Of a DNA stretch of 64,000 nucleotides, positions 35,685 through 46,100 are shown in pieces. Origin of the DNA: Minisyncoccota bacterium (lineage in GTDB: Bacteria > Patescibacteriota > Minisyncoccia > Phycocordibacterales > XYD1-FULL-46-19). Location: assembly GCA_041664425.1 (NCBI GenBank), contig JBAYKU010000003.1, positions 3,373-67,372 of the forward strand, given 5' to 3'. The translations under genes and the position numbers were made by a program. The notes under the pieces are model-generated. The model was not told where the DNA came from. It made no database searches and saw only the letters and a program-made list of their open reading frames with translations. Positions within the stretch are counted from its first letter, which is position 1; each line of letters starts with the position of its first letter.

Positions 35685-36380
35685 GTGGACTCGAAAGATT
35701 TAGGTGCACTACTTCGTGGAGAAAAAATCTCCACCCCACAGCGTGTGATCAAAGGCCTGCAGGAGCTGGCAGAGGTGGTCAAATACCTTCGCCTGTTTGG
35801 TTTCAAGATTTCTTCAACGACCGGTGTTTGGGACCTGTTCCATATTGGTCACGGTCGTTACCTCGAACAAATGCGTGCTCAGGGACATATAAGTATCGTC
35901 GAAGTTGATTCTGATGAAGTGGTCCGAATGCGTAAACCTGACGACTTGCACCGTCCAATCGTTCCATTGGATGAAAGAATCGAAATGCTTTCGTTCGTTC
36001 GTCCAGTAGATCTGATTTATCCGCTGATGGCAGGGGAGGATCCAATTGAGTTCATTCGAGTTATGAGACCGGATGCATTCATTGTGTCTGAAACATCGGC
36101 AGATTCCAAGGAAGAATACCTGTCTCAGGTGCGTGATCATTGTGGAGAGGTGGTTGTGCTGCCAGCCCAAGCGGCCATTTCTACTACTCGGCGTATACAA
36201 TATATGATGATGGCTGGTGGAATCGAGAGGCTGGTAGAAGTTCGCGACTCGATCACTAGAATGATTGGTGCTGCTCATGGTGATGGCGATATCAAGAACC
36301 CTAAACACGATGAAGTTGCACGTAGTTCTGTTGTGAGTGAACTAACCTTAGGGAATCAAGAAAAGGAAGGTAAACGATGA
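35685..36380 (+). CDS. cytidylyltransferase-like protein (RfaE/TagD-type, HIGH motif)
   Basis: GVWDLFHIGH, DSDEVVR.RK...RPIVPLDER, ISTT. Confidence 0.85.
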   Translation: MDSKDLGALLRGEKISTPQRVIKGLQELAEVVKYLRLFGFKISSTTGVWDLFHIGHGRYLEQMRAQGHISIVEVDSDEVVRMRKPDDLHRPIVPLDERIEMLSFVRPVDLIYPLMAGEDPIEFIRVMRPDAFIVSETSADSKEEYLSQVRDHCGEVVVLPAQAAISTTRRIQYMMMAGGIERLVEVRDSITRMIGAAHGDGDIKNPKHDEVARSSVVSELTLGNQEKEGKR

Positions 36381-37222
36381 CTCCAGTTATCCTAGCTCAA
36401 AGAGTTTTGGTGGCGTATGTGCCAGTTGTCCACTCGGCTATTATTGAGTGGGCTAAACGGGAAAACTCACCAATTCTCGTACTCTGCCAAGAGTTTATTG
36501 GCGAGTTCCCACAACTCAAGCACGACCTGCGAGCCGTCTCACCTGAGCTTGTCGTCGATATGTTAAAGAGTCTTGGTTTTCAAGCCAGTTTGCTTGATTT
36601 TCAGGCTTTGGTTGCATTAAAGATGATGAGTAAGCCAACTTTTGTCTTGCCGACCGACGAGGTGATGCAACAATTTGCCGAACGCTATCTGGTGGGGCAA
36701 AAAGTTGAACATCAGCGGGTCTTCATTCGCTGGGACAAGATCAACACCACGAGCGAAAACGAGGTTTATCCTGATCGGTCGGTAACGAGCGAGCAATTAG
36801 CCAAAGACATCATGGGTTTGTGCTACGAACATGCCAAGCTGTCTTCAGATTGGTGGCGACAGGTTGGGGCGGCAGCGGTGCGAGATGGTCAGGTCTTACT
36901 CTACGGTGTAAACCGAATGAAGCCGACTGATTACGCGCCCTACCTTGATGGTGACATTCGTGGTTGCTTTGGTTTCGGTGAGCGCCTGGATATCTGCGGA
37001 ACGCTTCATGCGGAAGCGGCGGTCGTAGCTGGCGCTGCCGCACGTGGTCTGTCATTGGATGGTACCGATTTCTACTGTACCACCTTTCCCTGTCCACAAT
37101 GTGCCAGACTTTTGGAAGCTGCCAGGGTTCGGCGCGTCATCTACGACGAGGGGTATTCAGTTTGTGATACTTTCGACATTCTCAAGACTGCGGGAGTTGA
37201 AATCATCAAACTGATACCGTGA
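36377..37222 (+). CDS. dCMP deaminase family protein with extra N-terminal domain
   Basis: SSDWWRQVGA, HAE, TTFPCPQCA. Confidence 0.88.
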   Translation: MTPVILAQRVLVAYVPVVHSAIIEWAKRENSPILVLCQEFIGEFPQLKHDLRAVSPELVVDMLKSLGFQASLLDFQALVALKMMSKPTFVLPTDEVMQQFAERYLVGQKVEHQRVFIRWDKINTTSENEVYPDRSVTSEQLAKDIMGLCYEHAKLSSDWWRQVGAAAVRDGQVLLYGVNRMKPTDYAPYLDGDIRGCFGFGERLDICGTLHAEAAVVAGAAARGLSLDGTDFYCTTFPCPQCARLLEAARVRRVIYDEGYSVCDTFDILKTAGVEIIKLIP

Positions 37223-37285
37223 ACTGTGTGTGGTGGGTTTTATCCCAACCAATATGAGACCGAGACGCTTCACGTGTCTCGGTCT

Positions 37286-37744
37286 TTACTTTTTATAGCC
37301 AATAGGGAAATTAATAATTTTTCTTTTATTCTTCCCACTAATTTTTTGTCCGACTAATAAATGGGCATGTAGGTGGGCAACCGAGGCCCCTGTATAATTA
37401 GAGTCACCAAACCTAATAGCAAAACATCCTGCTGGTAATTTGTATTTTTTTGATAACCATTTTAAATGGTCAGCTAATTCTGCAAAACCTGACCCACTGA
37501 TTTCTTTTATGTGTTTTATGTGCTTGCGATAAATAAATAAATAGTGATGAGTTGTGCCAGAGTAAGGGTAATCGTTTTTAGTTACCACCCAATATTTGCC
37601 AGTTTTTTCAATTGGGTGGTCGTGGTATTTGGCTAAATATTTAGGGCAAAAAGGGCAAGCATTTATTTTGGTCAATTCTTCCATTTTAGCCTTTTGAGCT
37701 GGTAGGCGGGCGTGATGAAAATTAAAAAGTTTGTTTTTTAACAT
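37286..37744 (-). CDS. HIT family hydrolase
   Basis: CPFC, NDYPY, ASVAHLHAH. Confidence 0.88.
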   Translation of the reverse strand: MLKNKLFNFHHARLPAQKAKMEELTKINACPFCPKYLAKYHDHPIEKTGKYWVVTKNDYPYSGTTHHYLFIYRKHIKHIKEISGSGFAELADHLKWLSKKYKLPAGCFAIRFGDSNYTGASVAHLHAHLLVGQKISGKNKRKIINFPIGYKK

Positions 37745-37824
37745 AAGGTTATCTTAGCATTTTTTAAAAATAAAAAAATAACAGCCACTGGCGCGCGAGG
37801 GCGCCAGTGGCTGGCTGAGGTGAC

Positions 37825-38760
37825 TTAAAAAGCCACAGGGATACCTCCAATCGGAGGATGAGGGTCATAATCCGTAATCTCGAAATGTTCGGCCCGAAAG
37901 GCGAACAAGTCTTTGATCTCTGGGTCAATGATCTGGAGAGTGGGTAATCGTCGCGGTTCACGGGCGAGCATTTTCCACACTCCTTCCATTTGATCGTCGT
38001 AGATATGAGCATTCTTGATAGCGTGGACATAGTATCTGGGTTTCAAACCAGTTACCTGAGCCAAGGCTAACGAGAGGGCTGTATATTGAGCCAGATTGGC
38101 CGGTAGTCCAATAGTGACATCACACGAGCGTTGTTCTACACACGTATCTAGACAGTCACCGTAAACGTAACAAGTTACCCAACCATGGCACGGGGCAATG
38201 AAAACCTTGCGGTCTCCAAACTCCGAGGCGTAGTAAGGTACCCACGGGCTGACCATGTTGGTTCGTGACCACGGCTTCTCTCTTAGCCCTTGTACCAGAG
38301 CGGCGAATTGGTTGAAACCGTTTGGTAGTCCTGGGGTAGGGAAGTTGTGAAAGGCGACACCATAGGAGCCAGGCCCGAAGTCACCTTCGGGTAGTCCAAG
38401 GGTGTCACAAACTTCTTTAGTGCCCCATTGCTCCCACCAGTCGCAACCATAGGCCTTGAACTCTTCGACGGTGTGAGCGCCGTTGATCATAGCGAAGATT
38501 TCGCCGATAGCCTTTCGCCAAAAACCAATCTTACGTTCGGTGATTATCGGTGCACCATTGCGCAAGTCAAAGCGCAAATCCAGCGGTTTGAAGAAAGTAG
38601 TGCAAGGCACTGCTTGGTTGTTTACTTCTTGCCGTTCTCCTCTATCCAATATGAGACGTAACAGGTCTCGATACTGTGTATCGGGAGTACGATCTTCTAG
38701 ACACAAATACTCCATCTGCATATAGATTCTCCTCTCTTGTGGTTTGTTGTCGGAGGCCAA
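37825..38760 (-). CDS. thyA: thymidylate synthase (divergent)
   Basis: QYRDLLRLIL, PIITERKI, APCHG catalytic Cys, QRSCD..GLPAN..QY, AHIYD. Confidence 0.9.
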   Translation of the reverse strand: MASDNKPQERRIYMQMEYLCLEDRTPDTQYRDLLRLILDRGERQEVNNQAVPCTTFFKPLDLRFDLRNGAPIITERKIGFWRKAIGEIFAMINGAHTVEEFKAYGCDWWEQWGTKEVCDTLGLPEGDFGPGSYGVAFHNFPTPGLPNGFNQFAALVQGLREKPWSRTNMVSPWVPYYASEFGDRKVFIAPCHGWVTCYVYGDCLDTCVEQRSCDVTIGLPANLAQYTALSLALAQVTGLKPRYYVHAIKNAHIYDDQMEGVWKMLAREPRRLPTLQIIDPEIKDLFAFRAEHFEITDYDPHPPIGGIPVAF

Positions 38761-38864
38761 ATTACTCTAATTCCGATATTAGCAGGAAAGGGGAGCTAGT
38801 CAATTTGCAAAAACTAACGCCGTACCTCGGAGGCACGGCGTTGCAGATTCTTTTGTTTGTGTTC

Positions 38865-39356
38865 TCAGTCGGCGAACCGACGAAGAATTTGGAAGGTTGA
38901 GGTGTATTGGTCTCCCTCTCCCTGACTAATAGCCATCTGCTCCACTACTTCCCAGCATTTGGCTAGCTCAGGAAAATGGGCGTCTCCTGCGCATTCAACC
39001 TTTACCACTGTGCGGTAGATCTTGTTAGCCCAGGGTATGGCCGAGAGAAAGACTTCACTACCGCCAATCACAAAGGTTTCGAGTTCTCTGTGAATGGCTT
39101 TCTCGACCTCAGGCCAGCTGCGACAGACGACCACCTCGCAGGTCTGTTCCATGGTTCTCGACAGAACGACGTTCCTTCTTCCGGGTAGGGGGCGAAACCT
39201 TTCCGGTAGTGAGTCATAGGTCTTTCGGCCCATGACTACAGTGTGACCCATGGTGAGCTTCCGGAATCTTTTCATGTCGCTAGGGAGCGACCAGGGCAAT
39301 TGGCCTGCTTTGCCAATCACTCCATTAAGAGAAACCGCGCAAATGATTGAGATCAT
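38865..39356 (-). CDS. folA: dihydrofolate reductase
   Basis: NGVIG..GQLPWSLPSDMKRF, MGRKTYDSL, RPLPGRRNVVLSR, VIGG. Confidence 0.97.
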   Translation of the reverse strand: MISIICAVSLNGVIGKAGQLPWSLPSDMKRFRKLTMGHTVVMGRKTYDSLPERFRPLPGRRNVVLSRTMEQTCEVVVCRSWPEVEKAIHRELETFVIGGSEVFLSAIPWANKIYRTVVKVECAGDAHFPELAKCWEVVEQMAISQGEGDQYTSTFQILRRFAD

Positions 39357-39453
39357 TTATGACTCCTTTCTAGACCTATTGTCTGCTCAGACTTTAGCAG
39401 GAAAGTGACTATAGTCAATTGTTCAGTAAAATGCTAAATTTCTAACATTAAAT

Positions 39454-40632
39454 ATGAAAGACAAACAAATCGAAAAATTGATTAAAACCGAGGCCACGAG
39501 GCAGAAGAAAGTGATCAACCTGATCGCTTCCGAAAACTATGTCTCAGCCGATGTCTTGAAAGCTTTAGGATCGGAGTTGGTCAATAAATATGCCGAAGGT
39601 TATCCAGGTGAACGCTATTATGGCGGCAACCAGATTATTGATGAAGTAGAAAAGCTCTGCCAAAAGCGCGCTCTAAAAACTTTTGGTTTGTCGGATAAAA
39701 AGTGGGCGGTTAATGTTCAGCCCCTGTCAGGCTCACCAGCCAACTTGGCAGTTTATCTAGGCTTGGTTCCGTTGGGTGAAAAAATTATGGGGATGTCGAT
39801 GGCTCACGGTGGCCACCTCACTCATGGTCAAAAAGTTTCTATTACTGGCAAGGCCTGGCAGCAGGTATCCTATGGGGTTGATGAAAAAACGGAAATTCTA
39901 GACTATGACCAACTGCTCACTCTGGCTAAGAAGGAAAAGCCAGCGATTATTGTCGCCGGCTTCACAGCTTACCCTCGTAAAATTGATTGGAAAAAGTTTC
40001 GAGCGATTGCCGATGCTGTCGGAGCCTATCTAATGGTAGATATGTCGCACTTGGCCGGCTTGGTCGCTGGTGGCGCCTATCCGTCGCCCTTTCCTTATGC
40101 AGATATCGTCACGACTACTACTCATAAAACTTTACGCGGTCCGCGCTCAGCTCTGATTTTTTCCCGGATTGATCAACGCGATTTGCCAGCGAAGATTGAT
40201 AAAGCCATTATGCCTGGCCTACAGGGTGGCCCGCACATCAATCAGGTGGCAGCCGTAGCGGTAGCTTTAGACGAAGCTAGTCGTTCGGAATTTAAAAAAT
40301 ATGCCAAGCAGATTGTGGTCAATGCTAAAACTTTAGCGACCGAATTAAAAAAGAAAGGTTGGCGGCTGGTCTCTGGTGGAACTGATAGCCATTTGATTTT
40401 GGTAGATGTCTGGAATGGTGGACAGGGGATTGGTGGCAAGGAAGCTAGTGAGCGCTTAGAAAAAGAAGGAATCATTGTTAATAAAAACGGTATTCCATTT
40501 GATCAACGCGGGCCGGTTGATCCCTCTGGTATTCGCCTCGGCACGGCCGCGGAAACTACTCGTGGTAAAACCGAAAAAGATATGATTAAAATCGCCGAAA
40601 GAATCGATAAAATTTTGAGAACAAAAAAATAA
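39454..40632 (+). CDS. glyA: serine hydroxymethyltransferase
   Basis: LIASEN, NKYAEGYPGERYYGG, GGHLTHG, TTTTHKTLRGPR. Confidence 0.98.
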   Translation: MKDKQIEKLIKTEATRQKKVINLIASENYVSADVLKALGSELVNKYAEGYPGERYYGGNQIIDEVEKLCQKRALKTFGLSDKKWAVNVQPLSGSPANLAVYLGLVPLGEKIMGMSMAHGGHLTHGQKVSITGKAWQQVSYGVDEKTEILDYDQLLTLAKKEKPAIIVAGFTAYPRKIDWKKFRAIADAVGAYLMVDMSHLAGLVAGGAYPSPFPYADIVTTTTHKTLRGPRSALIFSRIDQRDLPAKIDKAIMPGLQGGPHINQVAAVAVALDEASRSEFKKYAKQIVVNAKTLATELKKKGWRLVSGGTDSHLILVDVWNGGQGIGGKEASERLEKEGIIVNKNGIPFDQRGPVDPSGIRLGTAAETTRGKTEKDMIKIAERIDKILRTKK

Positions 40633-41054
40633 TGGTTCTAAAAATAAAAATCAAAAAATTAAATCCAGAAGCCAAGTTGCCGACCTATGCCCATCCGGGG
40701 GATGCGGGGATGGATGTTTATGCTGTTAGTAAAACCGAGACCGAAAAATTTGTGGAATATGGTACGGGGCTGGCTTTTGAATTACCAACCAACCATGTGT
40801 TGTTGGTTTTTCCCCGCAGTAGCATTTCTAATACTGATTTGTCACTGACTAATTGCGTCGGGGTTTTAGACTCGGGCTATCGTGGCGAATTAAAAATGCG
40901 GTTTCGAAAAACTGGCGAGGTGGAATATGCAGTTGGGGAGAGGATTGGTCAGATTCTGGTTTTACCTTATCCAGAAATAGATTTTGAGGAAGCCGAAGAA
41001 TTGGCCGACAGCTCTCGGGGCGAAGGCGGTTTTGGTAGTACGGGGAAGAGTTAA
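40632..41054 (+). CDS. dut: dUTP diphosphatase
   Basis: DAGMD, PRSS, GVLDSGYRGE, ERIGQ, RGEGGFGSTG. Confidence 0.97.
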   Translation: MVLKIKIKKLNPEAKLPTYAHPGDAGMDVYAVSKTETEKFVEYGTGLAFELPTNHVLLVFPRSSISNTDLSLTNCVGVLDSGYRGELKMRFRKTGEVEYAVGERIGQILVLPYPEIDFEEAEELADSSRGEGGFGSTGKS

Positions 41055-41087
41055 AAAGATTGCTTATTTTGTGTTAATATTTTGTTA

Positions 41088-42746
41088 ATGACTATCCAGG
41101 GGAAAATAAAATTAGCCATAAAAGATGCTTTGGGAGCTTTGGGTTTGCCGACTGGCGATTTTTTGTTGGAGCATCCGGCGGATTTGAACTTGGGTGACTA
41201 TGCTTCCAATGTGGCGATGGTTTTTGGTAAAAAGCACAATCGTCTGCCAAAGGATTTGGCTAGTGATATCATCAAACAGCTTTATTTGAATAACTATGAT
41301 TGGCTGGAAAAAGCCGAAGTGGCTGGTCCGGGTTTTATCAATATTTTTCTGACTAAAAAGTTTTTGACCGAGACGGTGGTTGATTTACAAACTGGAGAAC
41401 TGGGTTTGGTAGATTTTGGCACTGGCCAAAAAGCGATTGTGGAATATTCTTCGCCGAACATTGCTAAGCCTTTTTCCATCGGTCATTTGCGCTCGACAAT
41501 TATTGGTGCCGCGATCGCTAATCTGCTCGAGGTGAGTGGCTATAAAATTATTCGCCATAACTATCTCGGCGATTGGGGAACACAGTTTGGTAAGATGATA
41601 GTGGCGATTAAAAAATGGGGCGATCTGTCTGCTATCGAAAAAAGCGCCGAACCAGTCAAAGAGCTCGTGGCTCTCTATGTTCGTTTTCATGAAGAAGCCG
41701 AAAAAGATAAGGATTTGGATGACGAAGCTCGCTCGTGGTTTACAAAATTAGAACAGGGTAACGAAGAAGCCGTGGAAATTTGGCAGAAATGCATTGCTTT
41801 GTCGAAAGTTGATTTTACTAAAATCTATCAGCGATTGGGAGTGGAGTTCGATCTCGATCGAGGTGAGAGCTTTCTGGAGGGCAAGACTGGTCCAGTTTTA
41901 GTGGAAATAAAAAAGAGTGGTTTCGTCCATGAGAGCGAAGGAGCGACTTTATTTTTCTTTCCCGAAGATTCTTTACCACCAATGATGCTGGCGAAAAAAG
42001 ATGGTTCATCTTTGTATGCTCTGCGTGATCTAGCTTCGGATTTTGGCCGCCAGTCTGAATTTGCTCCGGACCTGATTATTAATGAAGCTGGCTCGGAACA
42101 AAAATTACATTTTGAGCAGGTAATAGAAGCTGAACGTTTGCTGGGCTGGTTCAGGCCAGGTCAGCGAGTCCATATTGGTCACGGTCTGTACCGTTTTGCC
42201 GAAGGAAAGATGAGTACTCGCAAAGGTAATGTGATTTGGCTCGAAGAAGTTTTGGATGAGGTGGTTAAACGAGCATCAGAATTTAATCCTGATTCGGCTG
42301 AAGCGGTGGGAATCGGAGCCTTGAAATACAACGATTTGAAACGAGACAGTAAACTCGATATTACTTTTGATTGGGATGATGTTTTAAATCTCAAAGGCAA
42401 CTCTGGCCCCTATTTGCAATACACTGTCGCTCGAGCCAAAGCGATCTTGGACAAGTCGGATAAAAATCCGGCGATTGGTAATAGTCTTGTTGGTACGGAT
42501 TTAGAACTCTCGCGCTGGCTGTATCGTTTCCCGGAAGTAGTAGAACGTTCGGCACGCGAATATGCCCCACATCAGCTTTGTACTTATCTCTATGAATTGG
42601 CCAGCACCTTTAATGCTTTTTATGCTCAAGAAAAAATTGTCGGTGGAGAAGGGGAGGAAAGTAAACTAGCTTTAGTTTCTGCCACGGCTAATATTTTAGC
42701 CAAGGGTTTGGATTTGCTTGGTATCGCCGTGCCAGAAAAAATGTAA
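41088..42746 (+). CDS. argS: arginyl-tRNA synthetase
   Basis: EYSSPNIAKPFSIGHLRS, GDWGTQFG, KMSTRKG, GNSGPYLQY. Confidence 0.97.
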   Translation: MTIQGKIKLAIKDALGALGLPTGDFLLEHPADLNLGDYASNVAMVFGKKHNRLPKDLASDIIKQLYLNNYDWLEKAEVAGPGFINIFLTKKFLTETVVDLQTGELGLVDFGTGQKAIVEYSSPNIAKPFSIGHLRSTIIGAAIANLLEVSGYKIIRHNYLGDWGTQFGKMIVAIKKWGDLSAIEKSAEPVKELVALYVRFHEEAEKDKDLDDEARSWFTKLEQGNEEAVEIWQKCIALSKVDFTKIYQRLGVEFDLDRGESFLEGKTGPVLVEIKKSGFVHESEGATLFFFPEDSLPPMMLAKKDGSSLYALRDLASDFGRQSEFAPDLIINEAGSEQKLHFEQVIEAERLLGWFRPGQRVHIGHGLYRFAEGKMSTRKGNVIWLEEVLDEVVKRASEFNPDSAEAVGIGALKYNDLKRDSKLDITFDWDDVLNLKGNSGPYLQYTVARAKAILDKSDKNPAIGNSLVGTDLELSRWLYRFPEVVERSAREYAPHQLCTYLYELASTFNAFYAQEKIVGGEGEESKLALVSATANILAKGLDLLGIAVPEKM

Positions 42747-42797
42747 CCCGTGCGGACGCTAGCGCGTCCGCACGGGGCGAAGAAGAGGGGCCAAATT

Positions 42798-43070
42798 TCA
42801 GTGGCCCTCTTTCTTGAGAATCCTTTTGGCACAAGGGGAAGTCTCTTGGAAGAATTCGAGGACAGAGTGAGGGTCTGCGTCCCACCTCTGAGCTAAGGCC
42901 TGTATCTGATAACCCAAGCCGGTCAGTTCCCCCCTTTGCTCCCGATCTACCTCGGGTTGGACAATACTTTTGACACCTTCCTCAACGAGCAGACACTCAA
43001 TTCCGTGACGGGTAAGATTTTTCATTACTTTTTCACCCCCTTTCGTGGATGGTTTATCTTCTGGTTGCAA
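42798..43070 (-). CDS. hypothetical protein (uncertain)
   Basis: ORF fills the argS-ileS gap on the minus strand; ends in a hairpin. Confidence 0.4.
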   Translation of the reverse strand: MQPEDKPSTKGGEKVMKNLTRHGIECLLVEEGVKSIVQPEVDREQRGELTGLGYQIQALAQRWDADPHSVLEFFQETSPCAKRILKKEGH

Positions 43071-43125
43071 ACTAGCAGTTTTTGTTGTGGTTGTAAATAC
43101 CGCGTTTTTACGGTAAATTGTCTAA

Positions 43126-46100
43126 ATGGAAGAAAATAAAGACCTCGTAGAAAAATCAGCTCTCGCCAAGCGCGAGGAGGAGATTTTGGCTGGTTGGCAA
43201 ACTAAAAAAGTTTTTGAACAATCCTTGAATCAGAAGGCCTCTAAGGGAGAATTCGTTTTCTATGATGGTCCGCCTTTTGCCACGGGTCTGCCACATTATG
43301 GCCACTTGATTGGCGGCACCATCAAAGATGTTATTCCGCGTTATAAAACGATGCAGGGTTACCATGTCTCGCGTCGTTGGGGTTGGGACTGTCATGGTTT
43401 GCCAGTAGAAAACCTGATTGAAAAAGAACTCGATCTTAAAACCAAAAAAGAGATTGAGGACTACGGTATCGGTAATTTTAATGAGAAGGCCCGCGAGAGT
43501 GTCATGCGCTATGCTGATGAGTGGAAAAAAATCGTGCCACGCCTCGGTCGCTTTGTGGATATGGATAATGATTATCGGACAATGGATCCGAGCTATACCG
43601 AATCAATCTGGTGGATTTTCAAAAATCTTTACGACCAAGGTTTGATTTATGAGGGGTATAAGGCGATGCAGATTTGCCCACGTTGCGAGACGACCCTGTC
43701 GAACTTTGAGGTTAACCAGGGTTACAAAGATATCACTGATATTTCAGTCTTTATTAAATTTGAGTTGGTTGATGAACCCGGAACTTTTGTGGTGGCTTGG
43801 ACGACGACGCCTTGGACCTTGCCAGGGAATGTCGCTTTGGCCGTGGGTGCCGATCTAAAATATGTAGTGACTTCAGTAGAAAAAAACAAGTATATTCTTT
43901 TAGCTGAGCGGTTAGAATTTTTAAAAAATAAATTATTTGCCGATCAAGAAGTGGTAATAGAAAAAGAAATAACCGGTGCTGATTTGATCGGCTTACCTTA
44001 TGAACCAGTTTTTGATTACTATGCCAAAGACGAAACCTTAAAAAATCACGAACGTGGTTGGAGGGTATATGGCGCGGATTTTGTGACGACTGAAGATGGT
44101 ACTGGAGTGGTCCATATCGCCCCGGCTTTTGGTGAAGATGATATGAAGTTAGGCCAGAAAGAAAATTTGCCTTTTGTTCAACATGTGGCCATGAATGGTA
44201 CTTTCAAACCGGAGGTAGGGGATGGTCTGGCCGGTCTACGAGTGAAGCCGATTGAAAATCCCCAAGCGACTGATATCGAAATTATAAAAATCTTGGCGGT
44301 CAAGGGCTCACTTCTAGCCAAGGAAAAAATCGTTCACTCTTATCCGCATTGTTGGCGTTGTGAGACTCCGCTTCTCAACTATGCTACTTCGTCATGGTTT
44401 GTAGAGGTGACAAAAATCAAAGATAAATTAGTGACGGAAAATAAAAAAATCAATTGGGTGCCAGAGCATATTAAAGAAGGCCGATTTGGTAAATGGCTCG
44501 AAGGGGCCCGTGATTGGGCCATTTCTCGCACCCGTTTTTGGGGTGCTCCACTGCCGGTCTGGCGTTGCGAAGCTTGCCAGGAGAAGAAAGTTTTCGGCTC
44601 CTTGGCCGAATTGCAGGCCGTCATGGTGCCAGCTAAAAATAATTATTGGATTATGCGTCATGGCGAGGCTGAGAGTAATCTTGGTGATTCAATAAGCTCT
44701 GACCCTCTTGCCCCGAATCATTTGATAGAAAAAGGTAAAGATAAAGTTAAAGAGTCAGCTCAAAAATTGAAAGGAGAAAAAATCGACTTAATTATCTCAT
44801 CAGATTTTGTGCGAACAAAAGAAACAGCTGAAATTATGGCAGAGGAATTAGGTTTAACCTCAGATCAGATTGTTTTTGATGAGCGTTTGCGAGAAATTAA
44901 CCCAGGCAGCTTTACTGGTAAAAGTTGGGGTGACTACAACGACGCTTTTGGAGAGAGAATTAATCGTCTAAATGGGCGTTTACCTGGTGGTGGCGAGAAT
45001 TTTAATGAGGTGCGCCGTCGGGTGATGGCTGTTTTGTATGAATTTGAACAAAAATATCAAGGTAAAAAAATTCTGGTTATCACGCATGGTTTGCCGGCTT
45101 TTATGATTCAGGCTACGGTTGATCATTGGGATGATCGAGCGACTACTTATCGGCCTTATCCGAAGCCTAGTTTCGAACCAGGAGACGTTCGGGCTGTCAA
45201 TTTTGCCCCTATACCTCATAATAATAATTATGAATTAGACTACCATCGCCCATACATAGACGATATTGAAATGTCTTGTGCTTGTGGTGGGCAAATGAAG
45301 CGCGTGCCAGATGTCTTTGACTGCTGGTTTGAATCCGGCTCCATGCCCTATGGTCAAAATCACTATCCTTTTGAAAAAGAAAAAGGTGGTTTTGACCCGA
45401 CTAAGCAAACTTCCTTCCCAGCTGATTTTATCGCTGAGGGGCAAGATCAGACTCGAGGCTGGTTTTATACTATGTTGATTATTGGTACGGCTTTATTTGG
45501 TCAGAGTCCTTATAAAAATGTGGTGGTCAATGGTTTGGTTCTAGCTGAAGATGGCCAGAAAATGTCTAAACATCTGAAAAACTACCCTGATCCACTAGAT
45601 TTGGTCAACAAATATAGCGCCGATGTCTTGCGACTTTATTTGATGGCTTCGCCAGCAGTGCACGCCGAGGATCTAAACTTTTCCGAAAAAGGCGTGGGGG
45701 AGATCCAGCGTAAAATAATCTCTCGCTTACTTAACGTTGTGACTTTCTTAGAGACCTACGGCGAGGTCAAGGGAGGGGAGATTAAAACTCCCAAGACGGA
45801 TGACATTCTCGATCAATGGATTTTGTCACGTTTAGGTCAAACGATCGCTAAAGTCGAGAAAGAGTTTGAGGGCTATGAACTAGACCGTGCCGTCTGGGCC
45901 CTGGATGATTTTATTGACGACCTTTCAAACTGGTATCTGCGTCGCAGTCGAGATCGTTTTCGTGGTGACAATCAAACCGATCGTGAGCAAGCCAATCAAA
46001 CTTTGTTGTTTGTTCTGTCGGTGACGGCTAAAATTTTAGCTCCGCTAGCACCATTTTCTGCCGATGATATCTACTTGCGCCTAACCGATGGTCAGGCTAA

